Shown here piece after piece: positions 9,739 to 19,518 of a stretch of 64,000 bases of DNA (position 1 is the first letter of the stretch; each line of letters opens with the position of its first letter). The DNA lies in assembly GCA_965218095.1 (NCBI GenBank), contig OZ244587.1:2144001-2208000 (forward strand), in the 5' to 3' direction. The position numbers and the translations under genes are program-made. Origin of the DNA: Candidatus Poribacteria bacterium (lineage in GTDB: Bacteria > Poribacteria > WGA-4E > PCPOR2b). Below the pieces are notes generated by a model. That model did not search any database. It saw nothing but the letters and a program-made list of their open reading frames with translations, and was not told the origin of the DNA.

Positions 9739-10947
9739 TTACGGCTCGATCAATTTATGGAACTGTGCCTCGCCATTGATGATGTGGTTGATGACCGCAC
9801 TCTTGTCCGGGTGTCGGTTGTCATCATAGCCGGAGATAAACGTTGCTCCGCTATAGTTAACGGTCGCCGCAATCTGGTCGCGAATCGCCGTTGGTGTCAA
9901 GTCGTCCGCGCGACGCATCGCCTGAGCCACGAGCCGGAGGGCATCATATCCCAATGCCGCCCCTCCGGCGGGCGCAACCTTAAAAATTGAGGTGTAGGCG
10001 GCAATAAATTGATCCGCGTCTTCACTCAAATCGCCCGGTGCGACTCTGGCAGAGAAGAGGCTGCTAAAAAAACTCCCCTCAAGAATCACGCTATTCGTGG
10101 CAATCAACGCTGCGTTATCCCAACTATCGCCGCCGAGGAGGATGCCTGTAATGCCGAGCGTTTTTGCCTGTTGAACCACCAATGGGATTTCGGCTGAGAA
10201 ACCGGGCAGAAAAAAAACGTCCGGCCCCGATTCAGCGATTGCGGTCAATTGCGCGGTGAAATCGGTATCCCCCACCATGTAAAATTGAGCGTGTACAACT
10301 TCGCCCTCAAAAGCAGTAAAGTTGTCAATGAAGGTTTGCGATAAGCCCTCCGAATAGAGAGATTCTCTGCGCGTGAGGACTGCGGCGGTCTTTGCCCCTA
10401 AATCTTGGGTGGCAAACTGAGCCATCACTTTTCCCTGAAAGTCGTCGGTGAAAGCTGCCATAAACACAAAGTCACCCGCAGCGGTAACGGTTGGGTTGGT
10501 GGCAGTGGTGGTCACCATCGGTATCTCGTGGCGTTGGGCGACCGCCCCGGCGGCCACAGCATAAAGCGAGCGGTTGGGACCAACGATTGCCGATACACCC
10601 TCTTTGGTAATCAATTCCTCTGCTATCTCTGCGGCGTGTTCAAGGGTGCTTATATTACCGTGAGCGATAATTGCGATCTCCCTACCATGCACCCCGCCCT
10701 CTCCGTTCAGTTGCAGCGCCGCTAATTCTGCACCGTTCAGACTGTTGCTTCGGGTTGGTCTGGTATACATAAAGCCGATTTTGATGGCTCCATCATCGTC
10801 TCCATCTGGTAATGGTGTGAGCAATTGCTGGACTTGCTCGCACCCCCCAAACAGGGTGGTCATTAAGCATAGTGAGACCCAAAGCCCGTAAGCCACCATG
10901 CGTCTGATAACAGATTGCTTTTGTGCGTTCTTCTGCTGATGTGTCAT
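9739..10947 (-). CDS. ABC substrate-binding lipoprotein, branched-chain amino acid (LivJ/LivK-like), copy 2
   Basis: Tandem paralog of 8397..9620 with long identical peptides (GDFVFMAAFTDDFQGKVMA, RRADDLTPTAIRDQIAAT); lipobox FGGC. Start uncertain (10947 or 10959). Confidence 0.88.
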   Translation of the reverse strand: MTHQQKNAQKQSVIRRMVAYGLWVSLCLMTTLFGGCEQVQQLLTPLPDGDDDGAIKIGFMYTRPTRSNSLNGAELAALQLNGEGGVHGREIAIIAHGNISTLEHAAEIAEELITKEGVSAIVGPNRSLYAVAAGAVAQRHEIPMVTTTATNPTVTAAGDFVFMAAFTDDFQGKVMAQFATQDLGAKTAAVLTRRESLYSEGLSQTFIDNFTAFEGEVVHAQFYMVGDTDFTAQLTAIAESGPDVFFLPGFSAEIPLVVQQAKTLGITGILLGGDSWDNAALIATNSVILEGSFFSSLFSARVAPGDLSEDADQFIAAYTSIFKVAPAGGAALGYDALRLVAQAMRRADDLTPTAIRDQIAATVNYSGATFISGYDDNRHPDKSAVINHIINGEAQFHKLIEP

Positions 10948-11058
10948 TGAAATCCCCATTTTTGTTGTAGCGGCGGTTTCAAACCTGTCCGCACTTGTTG
11001 GTTCTGTTGCGGGGGTTTGCCCAAACACTAAAACAACCCAAAACCCACCGCTTGTTTG

Positions 11059-12042
11059 CTAAGAAACATGACCCACAAACGAGGGATCGCTGACGCCGTC
11101 CTCCTCGAAGTGGCGTCCCGTCAGCTTGATGAAAACATCTTCCAACGTCGGCTTGCCAGAACGAACAGACCGAATTTCTGTTGGAAATGCAGCGACAACA
11201 TCTCGAACAAATTCATGTCCCCGATGACATTCGATGCGCAACACCCCGTCAACCGAAGCGGCCGCATACCCAAACCTTCGGCTTATTTTCGGCGCCAGTT
11301 GTTCAGGTACGGGAGAATCAACGATGACAATATCTCCACTGACCTGATCTTTCAGTTCTTCCGGTGTTCCGATGGCGACCAATTTTCCCGCGTTGAGAAT
11401 CCCCACACGGTCACACATCTCTGCTTCGTCCAAAATGTGGGTTGTCAGGACGATTGTCACACCTGCCATCGCTCGTAGATTTTCCAGAGATTCTTTCAAT
11501 TTCCGACGGGCAATCGGATCAAGTCCCGTGCTCGGTTCGTCAAGAAGCAGTAGCTTGGGCTGATGGAGCAACGTCTTCGCAAGTTCCGCACGCCGTCTCA
11601 ACCCGCCGGAGAGCGTCTCGGCGAGGTCATCCGCTCGATCTGTCAGTTCCTGTTGATTAAGCACCCTTCGGATACGGCGTTTCAACTCGTTTCCCCATAT
11701 CCCGTAAAGATGCCCGTGATGCCGAAGATTTTCGGCAACCGTGAGTTTCAGATCCAAACTCGGATGCTGAAAAACGACGCCCAGATGCTTTCTGACCCGA
11801 TACGATTCACGTGCCAGATTGTACCCCAAGAGCGTGACCGTTCCATGAGTCACCGGAATTAAGGTCGAAAGGATCTTAAAGAGTGTTGTCTTACCGCTGC
11901 CGTTTGGTCCAAGAAAGGCGAAAATCTCTCCCGCGGCAATACGAAAACTGATGCCCGCCAGTGCGCATCGGGCGCCGTAAGTGTGAGAAAGGTTCTCCAC
12001 TTCAACCGGGGGCATCTTCAATTGATATTTGAAGGACACCAC
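11059..12042 (-). CDS. ABC transporter ATP-binding protein (DrrA/NodI-like)
   Basis: GPNGSGKTT, LSGG, LLLLDEP, TTH motifs and C-terminal PTLEDVF. Confidence 0.93.
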   Translation of the reverse strand: MVSFKYQLKMPPVEVENLSHTYGARCALAGISFRIAAGEIFAFLGPNGSGKTTLFKILSTLIPVTHGTVTLLGYNLARESYRVRKHLGVVFQHPSLDLKLTVAENLRHHGHLYGIWGNELKRRIRRVLNQQELTDRADDLAETLSGGLRRRAELAKTLLHQPKLLLLDEPSTGLDPIARRKLKESLENLRAMAGVTIVLTTHILDEAEMCDRVGILNAGKLVAIGTPEELKDQVSGDIVIVDSPVPEQLAPKISRRFGYAAASVDGVLRIECHRGHEFVRDVVAAFPTEIRSVRSGKPTLEDVFIKLTGRHFEEDGVSDPSFVGHVS

Positions 12043-12082
12043 GATTTTTCCTAATGTCGGTCAACACTAAAAAAGTCATATT

Positions 12083-12129
12083 AAGAAATCGTGCAAAGAC
12101 ACCGAGTTTTTCCGAAAAACTCGGTGTCT
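12083..12129. repeat. REP-like palindrome, family A
   Basis: AGACACCGAGTTTTT-CCG-AAAAACTCGGTGTCT perfect hairpin preceded by AAGAAATCGTGCAA. Confidence 0.78.
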
Positions 12130-12152
12130 CTGGGCGTAGAAATCTTTAGCCT

Positions 12153-12941
12153 TTACTCTTTGAGTGTGAGTGTAAAGTTCTGCATAACACTCCCACCGGC
12201 GGCGACAGTCACAGCGGCGGGAGTATCCTTGTTCGTCCCACATACCTCATGCCAGTAGCCAACCTTGTAGCTTCCCGGCGGGACGTTTTCCAGCTTATAC
12301 TCACCTTTTTCATTACTGACTGCAAAGTACGGATGGGGGATGTAAGCAATCCAAGCTTTCATCCAACTGTGGACATCACATTTAACAGCCACAGGCCCCT
12401 CCGCCTTCTTTACCGCTTTAACCGGCATCTTCCGTCTGCTCCCCGGCTGCGATTTGTTAAACGCAGGGTTCACCCGACTAAAGACATGAACGTTATGCAT
12501 GATTTTGTCGGGATTGATCATGGTCATCCGTTGACCGATCGGAAGGAGGCGCACATGCGGCTCAAAATGGCAACCTTTCTGATCGATCTGGTATTTGACC
12601 TTCGGGCCCTTTGGAAAATTTGCCCCTGACGAAATATCCATCAGATAAACGATGGCGTTTTTCAAACCGTTTCCTTCGCCGACCATTATGGATTCGTCAA
12701 ATTTATCCGTTTTACCACAGACTTTCGGATCCTTAGTGATTTTGAGTTTCTTCATTGCAGGCGCGTCACCCTCAAACTTCACAACACCGGTGATGGCGCC
12801 GCCGTTGGAAACACTCCCAGCTTTATAGGAAGCGGGGAACACAAGCGATTCGACAGCTTCATCTCCGCCGGCTGCTGCGGCGTTGGTGACATAAATATAT
12901 GCAATCAACAGGGTTAGGATTGTAGCAACTTGGGTTTTCAT
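12153..12941 (-). CDS. secreted cupredoxin-like / carboxypeptidase-regulatory-like domain protein, copy 1
   Basis: Signal peptide; DQKGCHFEPHV, HNVH and CDVHSWM (candidate type-1 Cu ligands); VPPGSYKV..WHE. Confidence 0.8.
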   Translation of the reverse strand: MKTQVATILTLLIAYIYVTNAAAAGGDEAVESLVFPASYKAGSVSNGGAITGVVKFEGDAPAMKKLKITKDPKVCGKTDKFDESIMVGEGNGLKNAIVYLMDISSGANFPKGPKVKYQIDQKGCHFEPHVRLLPIGQRMTMINPDKIMHNVHVFSRVNPAFNKSQPGSRRKMPVKAVKKAEGPVAVKCDVHSWMKAWIAYIPHPYFAVSNEKGEYKLENVPPGSYKVGYWHEVCGTNKDTPAAVTVAAGGSVMQNFTLTLKE

Positions 12942-12962
12942 GATTGAACTCCTTTGGAATGT

Positions 12963-14699
12963 TTAAGTACTTAGATTGGTTTCGTTTTCCCTTCTCCGAA
13001 CGGCGCCCTTCAAAGCGAAAAGAACACCGACAGAGATGAAGGCGACCAGTGGCGGGTAAACAAAACGCTTGTTTGAAGGGACAGGATCAAGGACGAAAGT
13101 ATACCACGTTGAAATGGCTCGCTTGGTTTTCACATCGCCGTTAGCACCGTCCCACGCGGAGAAAGCGATGGGGATAAATAGACTTGGTTCAAACTGAAGG
13201 TCATTTTTATCGTCCGTTCTGAGCGCCCGCTTGACCCATAATCGGTACTGACCGTTTTCATATACGCCTTCAACCTGCATCTGGCTTTGGGACGATTGCA
13301 CCGTCGCTTTATCAATTCCCTCTGCGTTCATCTCTGTGACTTTCTCAGGTTCAGCGACCTTCCAATGCCAGAGATAAACGGGACGACGCCCACCCCAGAT
13401 GAAGTACGGTTTGGCATCCGTTGGGCCTTTAACTTTCACAGGGAACTGGATAGCAATGGCATCTTCAACGGTTACACCCGTTTCCTCGTCCTCCTGCGGA
13501 AGCGTTTTCGTCCGATCATCCCACGTAAAGAGGAAAGCAATCTCATTATCGGTATAGAACGATTTCGCCATCACAGAATCTATTGACGGATTGAATTGCC
13601 GCGGCTCAATGACAACCTGACCCACGAGCGGGAAGTAGCTTGCCTCCTCCATTTCGCTCCACGGGGCATCGTTCATGCGCGGCAGTTCGCCGGGGAGATA
13701 TTGTGAGCGCAACACCTTGTCACCGACCGCCGACGCGGGTCGCGTTTCCTGCCCTAATGATTTCACATAATTTGCCAGGTGCCAACTCTTCTCGAAGATC
13801 GGCTTCATCGCATCGTCCAGCTTTTGCTGCTCTGCGGGTGTAATCTCTTCCCCCTCTTCAATCCTGAGCATGATGTCCTCGTACTCATAGGTTTTCTCTT
13901 CTAGCTGCGTGTACTCCGCTTCCTCCGCTTCGGTCATTTCATCCTTGTCTTCGAGCACCGTCATCCGATCTGATTCGGCGTCGGTCAAACCGAGTCGGAA
14001 AGCTGAAACGAACGCCGGCATCGGCGAGCCGGCAATCCCGCCGATAAACCGCTTGAAGATGTCTTCCGTTGTTGAGCCACCCCTGAAATTCCAACTCTGC
14101 GCCAGATTTGCGGGCCAAGTCCGGAAGCCCCACTCATCGGTGAAATCGGGGGCAGATGTGCCATCCCCTCGACCAACTGCGCCGTGACATTCGACACAGC
14201 CGAGGTTGGTGTAGAACGCTTCCCCCTTAGCAACGCTCGCCTCAGCGTAAGGTATCTTCCCTGACAAATCAATTAACCGTGGGGAAGCCTCTTCAAAGCC
14301 CTCGTAAAACGTCTTGATATGGGCGACCAGACTCCATCGCTCATCTTCGCTGAGTAGCCCCTCCCAAGCTGGCATAGACGACTCCGGCATCCCATTTGAG
14401 ATGATGTTAAATAGGTCCTGATCTGTAGGCAGGTTCCCGCTCTCTGTGGAACGAATCTTGTAGAGTCCCGATGTGAAATCCCTCGGTCTTGGCAACAGAT
14501 TTTTGGCTGCGGCCCCATCGCCTGCCCCCTCTATTCCGTGGCAGTGTGCACACTTGTCTTCGTAGAGCGCCTTTCCCGCCTCAGAAGCAGCGGGGGCACC
14601 CTTGCCTTGAGCAAAAATTGGACGGGTTATGATAGCGGAAAAGACAAGGAAACCTGCGATAAAAATAACGAGTGATTTCTTAATAAATAATTGGGGCAT
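12963..14699 (-). CDS. diheme cytochrome c fused to an EbdC/DOMON-like heme b domain, with C-terminal TM anchor
   Basis: CAHCH (PRPRDF..G.YK.RST), CVECH, then W.D.T...DAIAIQFP...LWHWK...KRAL.T...IAFSAWDG..G...KR, typical of EB_dh domains. Start uncertain (ORF is open to 14786). Confidence 0.82.
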   Translation of the reverse strand: MPQLFIKKSLVIFIAGFLVFSAIITRPIFAQGKGAPAASEAGKALYEDKCAHCHGIEGAGDGAAAKNLLPRPRDFTSGLYKIRSTESGNLPTDQDLFNIISNGMPESSMPAWEGLLSEDERWSLVAHIKTFYEGFEEASPRLIDLSGKIPYAEASVAKGEAFYTNLGCVECHGAVGRGDGTSAPDFTDEWGFRTWPANLAQSWNFRGGSTTEDIFKRFIGGIAGSPMPAFVSAFRLGLTDAESDRMTVLEDKDEMTEAEEAEYTQLEEKTYEYEDIMLRIEEGEEITPAEQQKLDDAMKPIFEKSWHLANYVKSLGQETRPASAVGDKVLRSQYLPGELPRMNDAPWSEMEEASYFPLVGQVVIEPRQFNPSIDSVMAKSFYTDNEIAFLFTWDDRTKTLPQEDEETGVTVEDAIAIQFPVKVKGPTDAKPYFIWGGRRPVYLWHWKVAEPEKVTEMNAEGIDKATVQSSQSQMQVEGVYENGQYRLWVKRALRTDDKNDLQFEPSLFIPIAFSAWDGANGDVKTKRAISTWYTFVLDPVPSNKRFVYPPLVAFISVGVLFALKGAVRRRENETNLST

Positions 14700-14853
14700 T
14701 ATCAGATTACTCTCCGTTTGGTGCCGTCGTCTCAGGAGAAAAGGCATATAATGCTCGCCAGATTTGGAATACCGTGCTCTCATCATAGTCCGTCAATTGT
14801 CCTAAACGCCGGCTGCTATCGTCGTTTTCCAAACAAGCAATTTGGTTCATGTT

Positions 14854-14936
14854 AAGAAATTGTGCAAAGAAACCGATCCCCGCTTCCTCCCCATCTACAC
14901 GGGGAGAACTTTGTTTTTTCGCAAAAACTCGGGTTC
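14854..14936. repeat. family A REP-like element with a second hairpin nested inside it
   Basis: AAGAAATTGTGCAAAGAAACCGA [CTCCCC..ACGGGGAG insert] GTTTTTTCGCAAAAACTCGGGTTCT. Confidence 0.6.
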
Positions 14937-14967
14937 TCCCCCTTCGAGGGGCTTCTCAAACACGCTC

Positions 14968-15747
14968 TTAATGCTCTGCCTCGCCAGACGTCCGCGGCCG
15001 ATACCCGGTGTACTCCGATAAAAAGAGAATCACATCCCAGATTTCCTCCTCCGTCAGATGGTCTTCCCAGACTGGCATCGCGGAATCCCAAGGGGTCGCA
15101 CGTGACGGCAAACCGGGCCCACCCTTACTAATGCGCCAGAACAGAAAGGATTCTCGAAAGTTCGGGATGATGCCGGGGTCTTGGAAGTTTGCAGGCGGGG
15201 GGTTGAAACCGTGGGCGAAATGCCCCTCCCCATCAAGGTCGTCGCCGTGGCAGAAGAAACAGTTTTGATAATAGACCCGACGCCCGTTCTCTACGTGGGC
15301 CTTGAATGCTTCCTTGTCATCGTTTTCAAGGTGACGGAAGGGGCTCTTCACTTCTTGCGTGGGGCCGATAACCTTGTCGCGGTAGGTCAATTCATCGGGC
15401 GGTGCCGGGTGGGCAGTACGTAACACCGCTGGTGGATCTGCCTTTGTCGATACCTTAGAAAAGGTAAAAACGAGCATAACCAAAGGAATAAGGACGAACA
15501 ATACGGTACATCTTGTCCTCTTATCGTCATCAGCCAACGTTTCTTTGATGGGACGCAGAAATTCTCGAAACCTGTCATCTTCAACGGATACGTGAACCAA
15601 AATCGCTAATAGAATGAGGCCCAGATACATTCCGATTACGCTGGCGGGTAACGGCACAGACCACACGCCCCCAATGAAGAATCTTAAAAAGAGCCAAAGT
15701 AGGACAAAGAGTATCAAGCATTTAGTGAAAAGTGACATCCGTTTCAT
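14968..15747 (-). CDS. membrane-anchored monoheme cytochrome c
   Basis: Three N-terminal TM segments; CFFCH; PPPANF; SAMPVW (Met ligand). Confidence 0.88.
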   Translation of the reverse strand: MKRMSLFTKCLILFVLLWLFLRFFIGGVWSVPLPASVIGMYLGLILLAILVHVSVEDDRFREFLRPIKETLADDDKRTRCTVLFVLIPLVMLVFTFSKVSTKADPPAVLRTAHPAPPDELTYRDKVIGPTQEVKSPFRHLENDDKEAFKAHVENGRRVYYQNCFFCHGDDLDGEGHFAHGFNPPPANFQDPGIIPNFRESFLFWRISKGGPGLPSRATPWDSAMPVWEDHLTEEEIWDVILFLSEYTGYRPRTSGEAEH

Positions 15748-15798
15748 GGTCAGTCAAATCTCCTTATTCATACGGCTTTTGGCTCATGTCAAAAGAAG

Positions 15799-15852
15799 GT
15801 GCAAAGTTGCCCGGAGAAACCGTGTTTTCCCGAAAGCTCGGTGACTTTGCAC
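15799..15852. repeat. REP-like palindrome, family A
   Basis: GTGCAAAGT...AAACCG.GTTTT..CGAAAGCTCGGTG...ACTTTGCAC. Confidence 0.65.
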
Positions 15853-16081
15853 ATTTTTTTACTTTTCAGTTACTGAGAGAAATTAGGTATTTCCTGTCCT
15901 CAACCGCTCCCGCCGGAGAGTTCTCCCCCTTTATGAAATTTGAAGAATGAATCGGGCAACGATCTTGTCGGTCGAGTTTCCAAACTCGATAGTTGCCGTG
16001 TCGAGATGTGAATCTCGACCTACAGGTTACCAGCGGGGGTCTGGATTTGCCAATCCAGACCCAGCGAAGTGAAAACTTCTA

Positions 16082-17611
16082 CTATTCGGCGGTCTCCCCC
16101 ACCCCTTCATCTAGAACTTCGCCTTCAGCCACTGTTGCGTCTATTGCACCTGTTAGGGTTGATAAAAATGCGAGCAGATCGCTCATATCGGAAACAGACA
16201 ACAGGAGTGGGAAGTTATCGGGCATTGGGGAAGTCACATCAAGTCGTTTACCGAAAGCACGACTGTAAGTCGGTCCCTCGTCGATATCGAATGTATCAAT
16301 GATCTGCTCTTCGCCATCGACATTTAAGGTGATTTCGTCCTCATTTTCCGACACCAACTCCCCGACAATCGGCTCATCGTCATCAAAGGTGATTACAGTC
16401 GCCTGAACCTTCACATTCGATTTGGAAACTGTCTGCGTCTCTCCGCCGACTTGGAGTGTGATGTTCTCGTCGTCCTCATCAACGAGGTCGCCGCTGACGG
16501 GAGTCCCTGTGTCGGCGGGCGTGACTTGAATCCAGAAATAGCCCTGCGCCTTCAGATTGGATAATTCCTCGATCGGCTCAGGGTCGAGTTCGTTCAAGAG
16601 AATTGTTTGTTCGGTTTCATTGCCGGCAGCGTCTTTCACGCGCACAGTAATTTTTTCGTTGTCCTGAGAAACGAGCGTTCCCTGAATAGAGGCACCGCCT
16701 GTTTTTACTGTGACAGAACCGTATCCGCTCACAATTTGGGCATTCGGTTTAAGGATGGACTCCTCGATATACCGCATGTTCAGTGCGGCGATCTCGGTCA
16801 AGTCAGGGGCGGCGACAACTTCAACCCCTTCGTCAAGCGTTTGACCGGCTGGCTTCTCGAGCCTCGCAACCTCGTGACACGCAATGCACTTTGCGGTATT
16901 GACAAAGACATTTTTTCCGCGCTCAACGTCGCCGGCGAGGAGGGGGGGCAGTTCCTCCACCACCGCTACCGCGCTTCCGATATCTACGGGCGGCTCGAAT
17001 GGTGTCAGGTCTACCTCTCCGCCTTGATTTTGTAGGAAGGCGATAACGGTTTCGATCTCCAGTTCCGACAAACTGATTGGCGGTTTCCAGACCGGCGGCA
17101 TAATGTTTCCGTAGCCGGGGACAAGGAATTTGTGTGGTTCATACACCGACTCAATGATGTATTCCTTAGCCGTTATGCCAGGTTTTCGCGTGGCGGAACG
17201 TGTCCCAATATCTGTCATGTCCGGACAGCGACTCTTTGGCGCCGAGGTATCAAGCGTGTGACAGGTGTGGCATTTCCCTTTTCCGTTAAAGATCGCCTCG
17301 CCGGCTTCAACAAACGCCTCCGGTGTCCGTTCTATACTCGAAAGGTCTACTGTCGCAGTCGGTGATGGCGGAACAACGCTGGCGGCAAACGCATAGAACC
17401 AGATGACCAGCAGCGAGAATGACAGCAGTTTCATCACACTCTGCCAGAGTATGATATTCGCTAAGGCAAAGATAAAAAACCAGGCAGACCACGGGAGCAG
17501 ATTTTCCGAAGCGATTGGAAACGCTGGAGCCTTCGCGATGTAGGCAATGAAGCTCACTACCATTAAGATTAAACAGATGATTCTAATGGGCGTTTTCTGC
17601 ATCGATTTCAT
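16082..17611 (-). CDS. membrane-anchored diheme cytochrome c, highly acidic
   Basis: N-terminal TMs; CHTCH...ESVYEP...IMPP and CIACH...ESILKP...SPMP. Confidence 0.88.
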   Translation of the reverse strand: MKSMQKTPIRIICLILMVVSFIAYIAKAPAFPIASENLLPWSAWFFIFALANIILWQSVMKLLSFSLLVIWFYAFAASVVPPSPTATVDLSSIERTPEAFVEAGEAIFNGKGKCHTCHTLDTSAPKSRCPDMTDIGTRSATRKPGITAKEYIIESVYEPHKFLVPGYGNIMPPVWKPPISLSELEIETVIAFLQNQGGEVDLTPFEPPVDIGSAVAVVEELPPLLAGDVERGKNVFVNTAKCIACHEVARLEKPAGQTLDEGVEVVAAPDLTEIAALNMRYIEESILKPNAQIVSGYGSVTVKTGGASIQGTLVSQDNEKITVRVKDAAGNETEQTILLNELDPEPIEELSNLKAQGYFWIQVTPADTGTPVSGDLVDEDDENITLQVGGETQTVSKSNVKVQATVITFDDDEPIVGELVSENEDEITLNVDGEEQIIDTFDIDEGPTYSRAFGKRLDVTSPMPDNFPLLLSVSDMSDLLAFLSTLTGAIDATVAEGEVLDEGVGETAE

Positions 17612-17629
17612 CCTGACTGTGTTGGATTA

Positions 17630-19441
17630 TTAATCATCCCCTGTGGCGGCTTCCCCCTCGACAGACGCATATTCCGCTTTTTTCTTGTCGCCCCATAAGC
17701 CGATCCAGAAAATGAAGCCGACGAGGGCAAAGAAAATCACCATAATCACGGCAATCACATTGACGGCATCGCCAAGCGCCGGTGTAAATGAATCCGGCGA
17801 GGTGTCGGGCATGACGCCAAAAATATGCCATGCCTCTCGGAGTCCCGACCGTGCGTAACCCATCAATCCCATCAGTGAGGTAAAGGTAATGGCGAGTAGA
17901 ATCAGCACATATTGTGACCGGTCTGTCATCTGCCCCCAGTTGATTTCGCTTGAACGCATCGCTTTCCGGTACATGATCAGGTCAATCACCGTTACCAAAA
18001 TCATGACGGCTAACGCGACCAGCACCTGAATCGGCGTCAGAACGTCGACGCGCAACTCAGCGGGGACTTTGAACCCTACGATCCCAATCGTAACAATCCC
18101 TGCGACAGCAAGCCCAGAAATAGCTGCGATGATGATATTGCCAGCCTTACTCCAACCCACCGTCGGCGTTTTACCGGATCGGCGGTAAAAAAGAAAGCTG
18201 AAAAAGGTGGTCAAGATGATGATATTGACAACCGTATTCTTTGCCGTCATCAAGCCGAATAATCCAACGAGAGGGTGATACTCACTTCCCATTGCAGCTT
18301 TCTCCCCGGGAGTAGCAATCAACGAGCGCGGTGTCATCCAGACCGCGACACATATAACAATGATCGTTACCATGTAGAGGCGATAGCGGGCGTATTTTTC
18401 CCCTCCTTCGATGCGGGTCATGCCAGACCAGAGGTAGTAATTCGCGCCGATGAACAACACGCCAATCATCACCGCCTGAATGATGAACAGCCACGAAAAC
18501 AGACTCCCCATCATGTTGATGCCCATCGTCTGGTTAAAATTGTAGATTTCTCGACCCAACCAGTAGCCGGCGAACGGCAGTGGGATAAGACCACACAGCG
18601 CGATAAAATTGCCGGTATATCCCATCCAGTCATAGTGGGCCTTGTCTTCTGTCGTTTTGGCAACCAAGAAACGAAAGGCGGCATAGGCGCCGACGATTGC
18701 ACCGCCGAAAGCCACATTTCCGATGAGACGGTGGATGTTGACGGGCATCCATGTATAGTTATTGACCGCCTGCCACATCGTACCGATGAATTGGCCGGTT
18801 TCGTCATGAAGCGGAATCGCCTTGTGTCCGGTCTTCGGACCCATAATTGCTGGGCTCGTCTGATATGTCAGCCATGCGTTCGAGACGAACATAATCGCCG
18901 TGCCGAACACGTTCAGGAGCACACCTAGAAACAGATGCCACATTTTCGACGCTTTGCCCTGCATCCGATCCCACCCGTAGGAGTAAAGGTAGAGCGTAAA
19001 GGTTTCCCCGAAGAACAGGAAGACGTAGAAAATCATCGTCGGACCGAAGATTCCTGTCATTTTGTTCATCACTTTGGGGTAACACCAAATGAGTACAAAA
19101 ACCAACACGCCGCCCATCAGGGCAGTTGTCGAGAACGCTCCCATGCAGAGTTTGATGAACTCCTGCGCCATTTTGTCATATCGTTTGTCCTTTGTTTTCA
19201 TTCCAACAAACTCAATGACAACTGCGAACATTGGGACCCCTAAGATAAAGGAACCGAACAGCAGGTGCAGTTGGGCGGCGATCCAGGCAGCGTTGCGGCT
19301 GCCAATCTTCGGGAAGGGACGGTACTCTGTGTCTGTCGCATCCTGAGCAAAGGCAGGCGCAATTGTCAGGAGCAGATAGATAGCAAGCAGCCCGAGAAAA
19401 AGGTATAACCTGTTTTTAGAGTCGGTGGGTATGAAATGCAT
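17630..19441 (-). CDS. cytochrome bd-like oxidase subunit I (Nitrospira/Nitrospina-type CydA-like protein)
   Basis: Many TM helices; QLHLLFGSFILGVPMF, FFGETF, NIHRLIGNVAFGG, AHYDWMGY, MGLMGYARSGLR..WH. No canonical GRQPW and no adjacent cydB. Confidence 0.82.
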   Translation of the reverse strand: MHFIPTDSKNRLYLFLGLLAIYLLLTIAPAFAQDATDTEYRPFPKIGSRNAAWIAAQLHLLFGSFILGVPMFAVVIEFVGMKTKDKRYDKMAQEFIKLCMGAFSTTALMGGVLVFVLIWCYPKVMNKMTGIFGPTMIFYVFLFFGETFTLYLYSYGWDRMQGKASKMWHLFLGVLLNVFGTAIMFVSNAWLTYQTSPAIMGPKTGHKAIPLHDETGQFIGTMWQAVNNYTWMPVNIHRLIGNVAFGGAIVGAYAAFRFLVAKTTEDKAHYDWMGYTGNFIALCGLIPLPFAGYWLGREIYNFNQTMGINMMGSLFSWLFIIQAVMIGVLFIGANYYLWSGMTRIEGGEKYARYRLYMVTIIVICVAVWMTPRSLIATPGEKAAMGSEYHPLVGLFGLMTAKNTVVNIIILTTFFSFLFYRRSGKTPTVGWSKAGNIIIAAISGLAVAGIVTIGIVGFKVPAELRVDVLTPIQVLVALAVMILVTVIDLIMYRKAMRSSEINWGQMTDRSQYVLILLAITFTSLMGLMGYARSGLREAWHIFGVMPDTSPDSFTPALGDAVNVIAVIMVIFFALVGFIFWIGLWGDKKKAEYASVEGEAATGDD

Positions 19442-19518
19442 GATCTTGTGTCTCGCAATCTGAACGGGCGAAGGGACAATAATTCGCCGCTTCTCGTTAT
19501 GGCGGTGACTCAGCGATG

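Noticed and set aside
12963-14699. EbdC/NxrC-like domain as evidence of nitrite oxidation or ethylbenzene degradation
   Set aside because: No molybdoenzyme alpha or beta subunit is in the window; the domain alone only indicates heme b binding.
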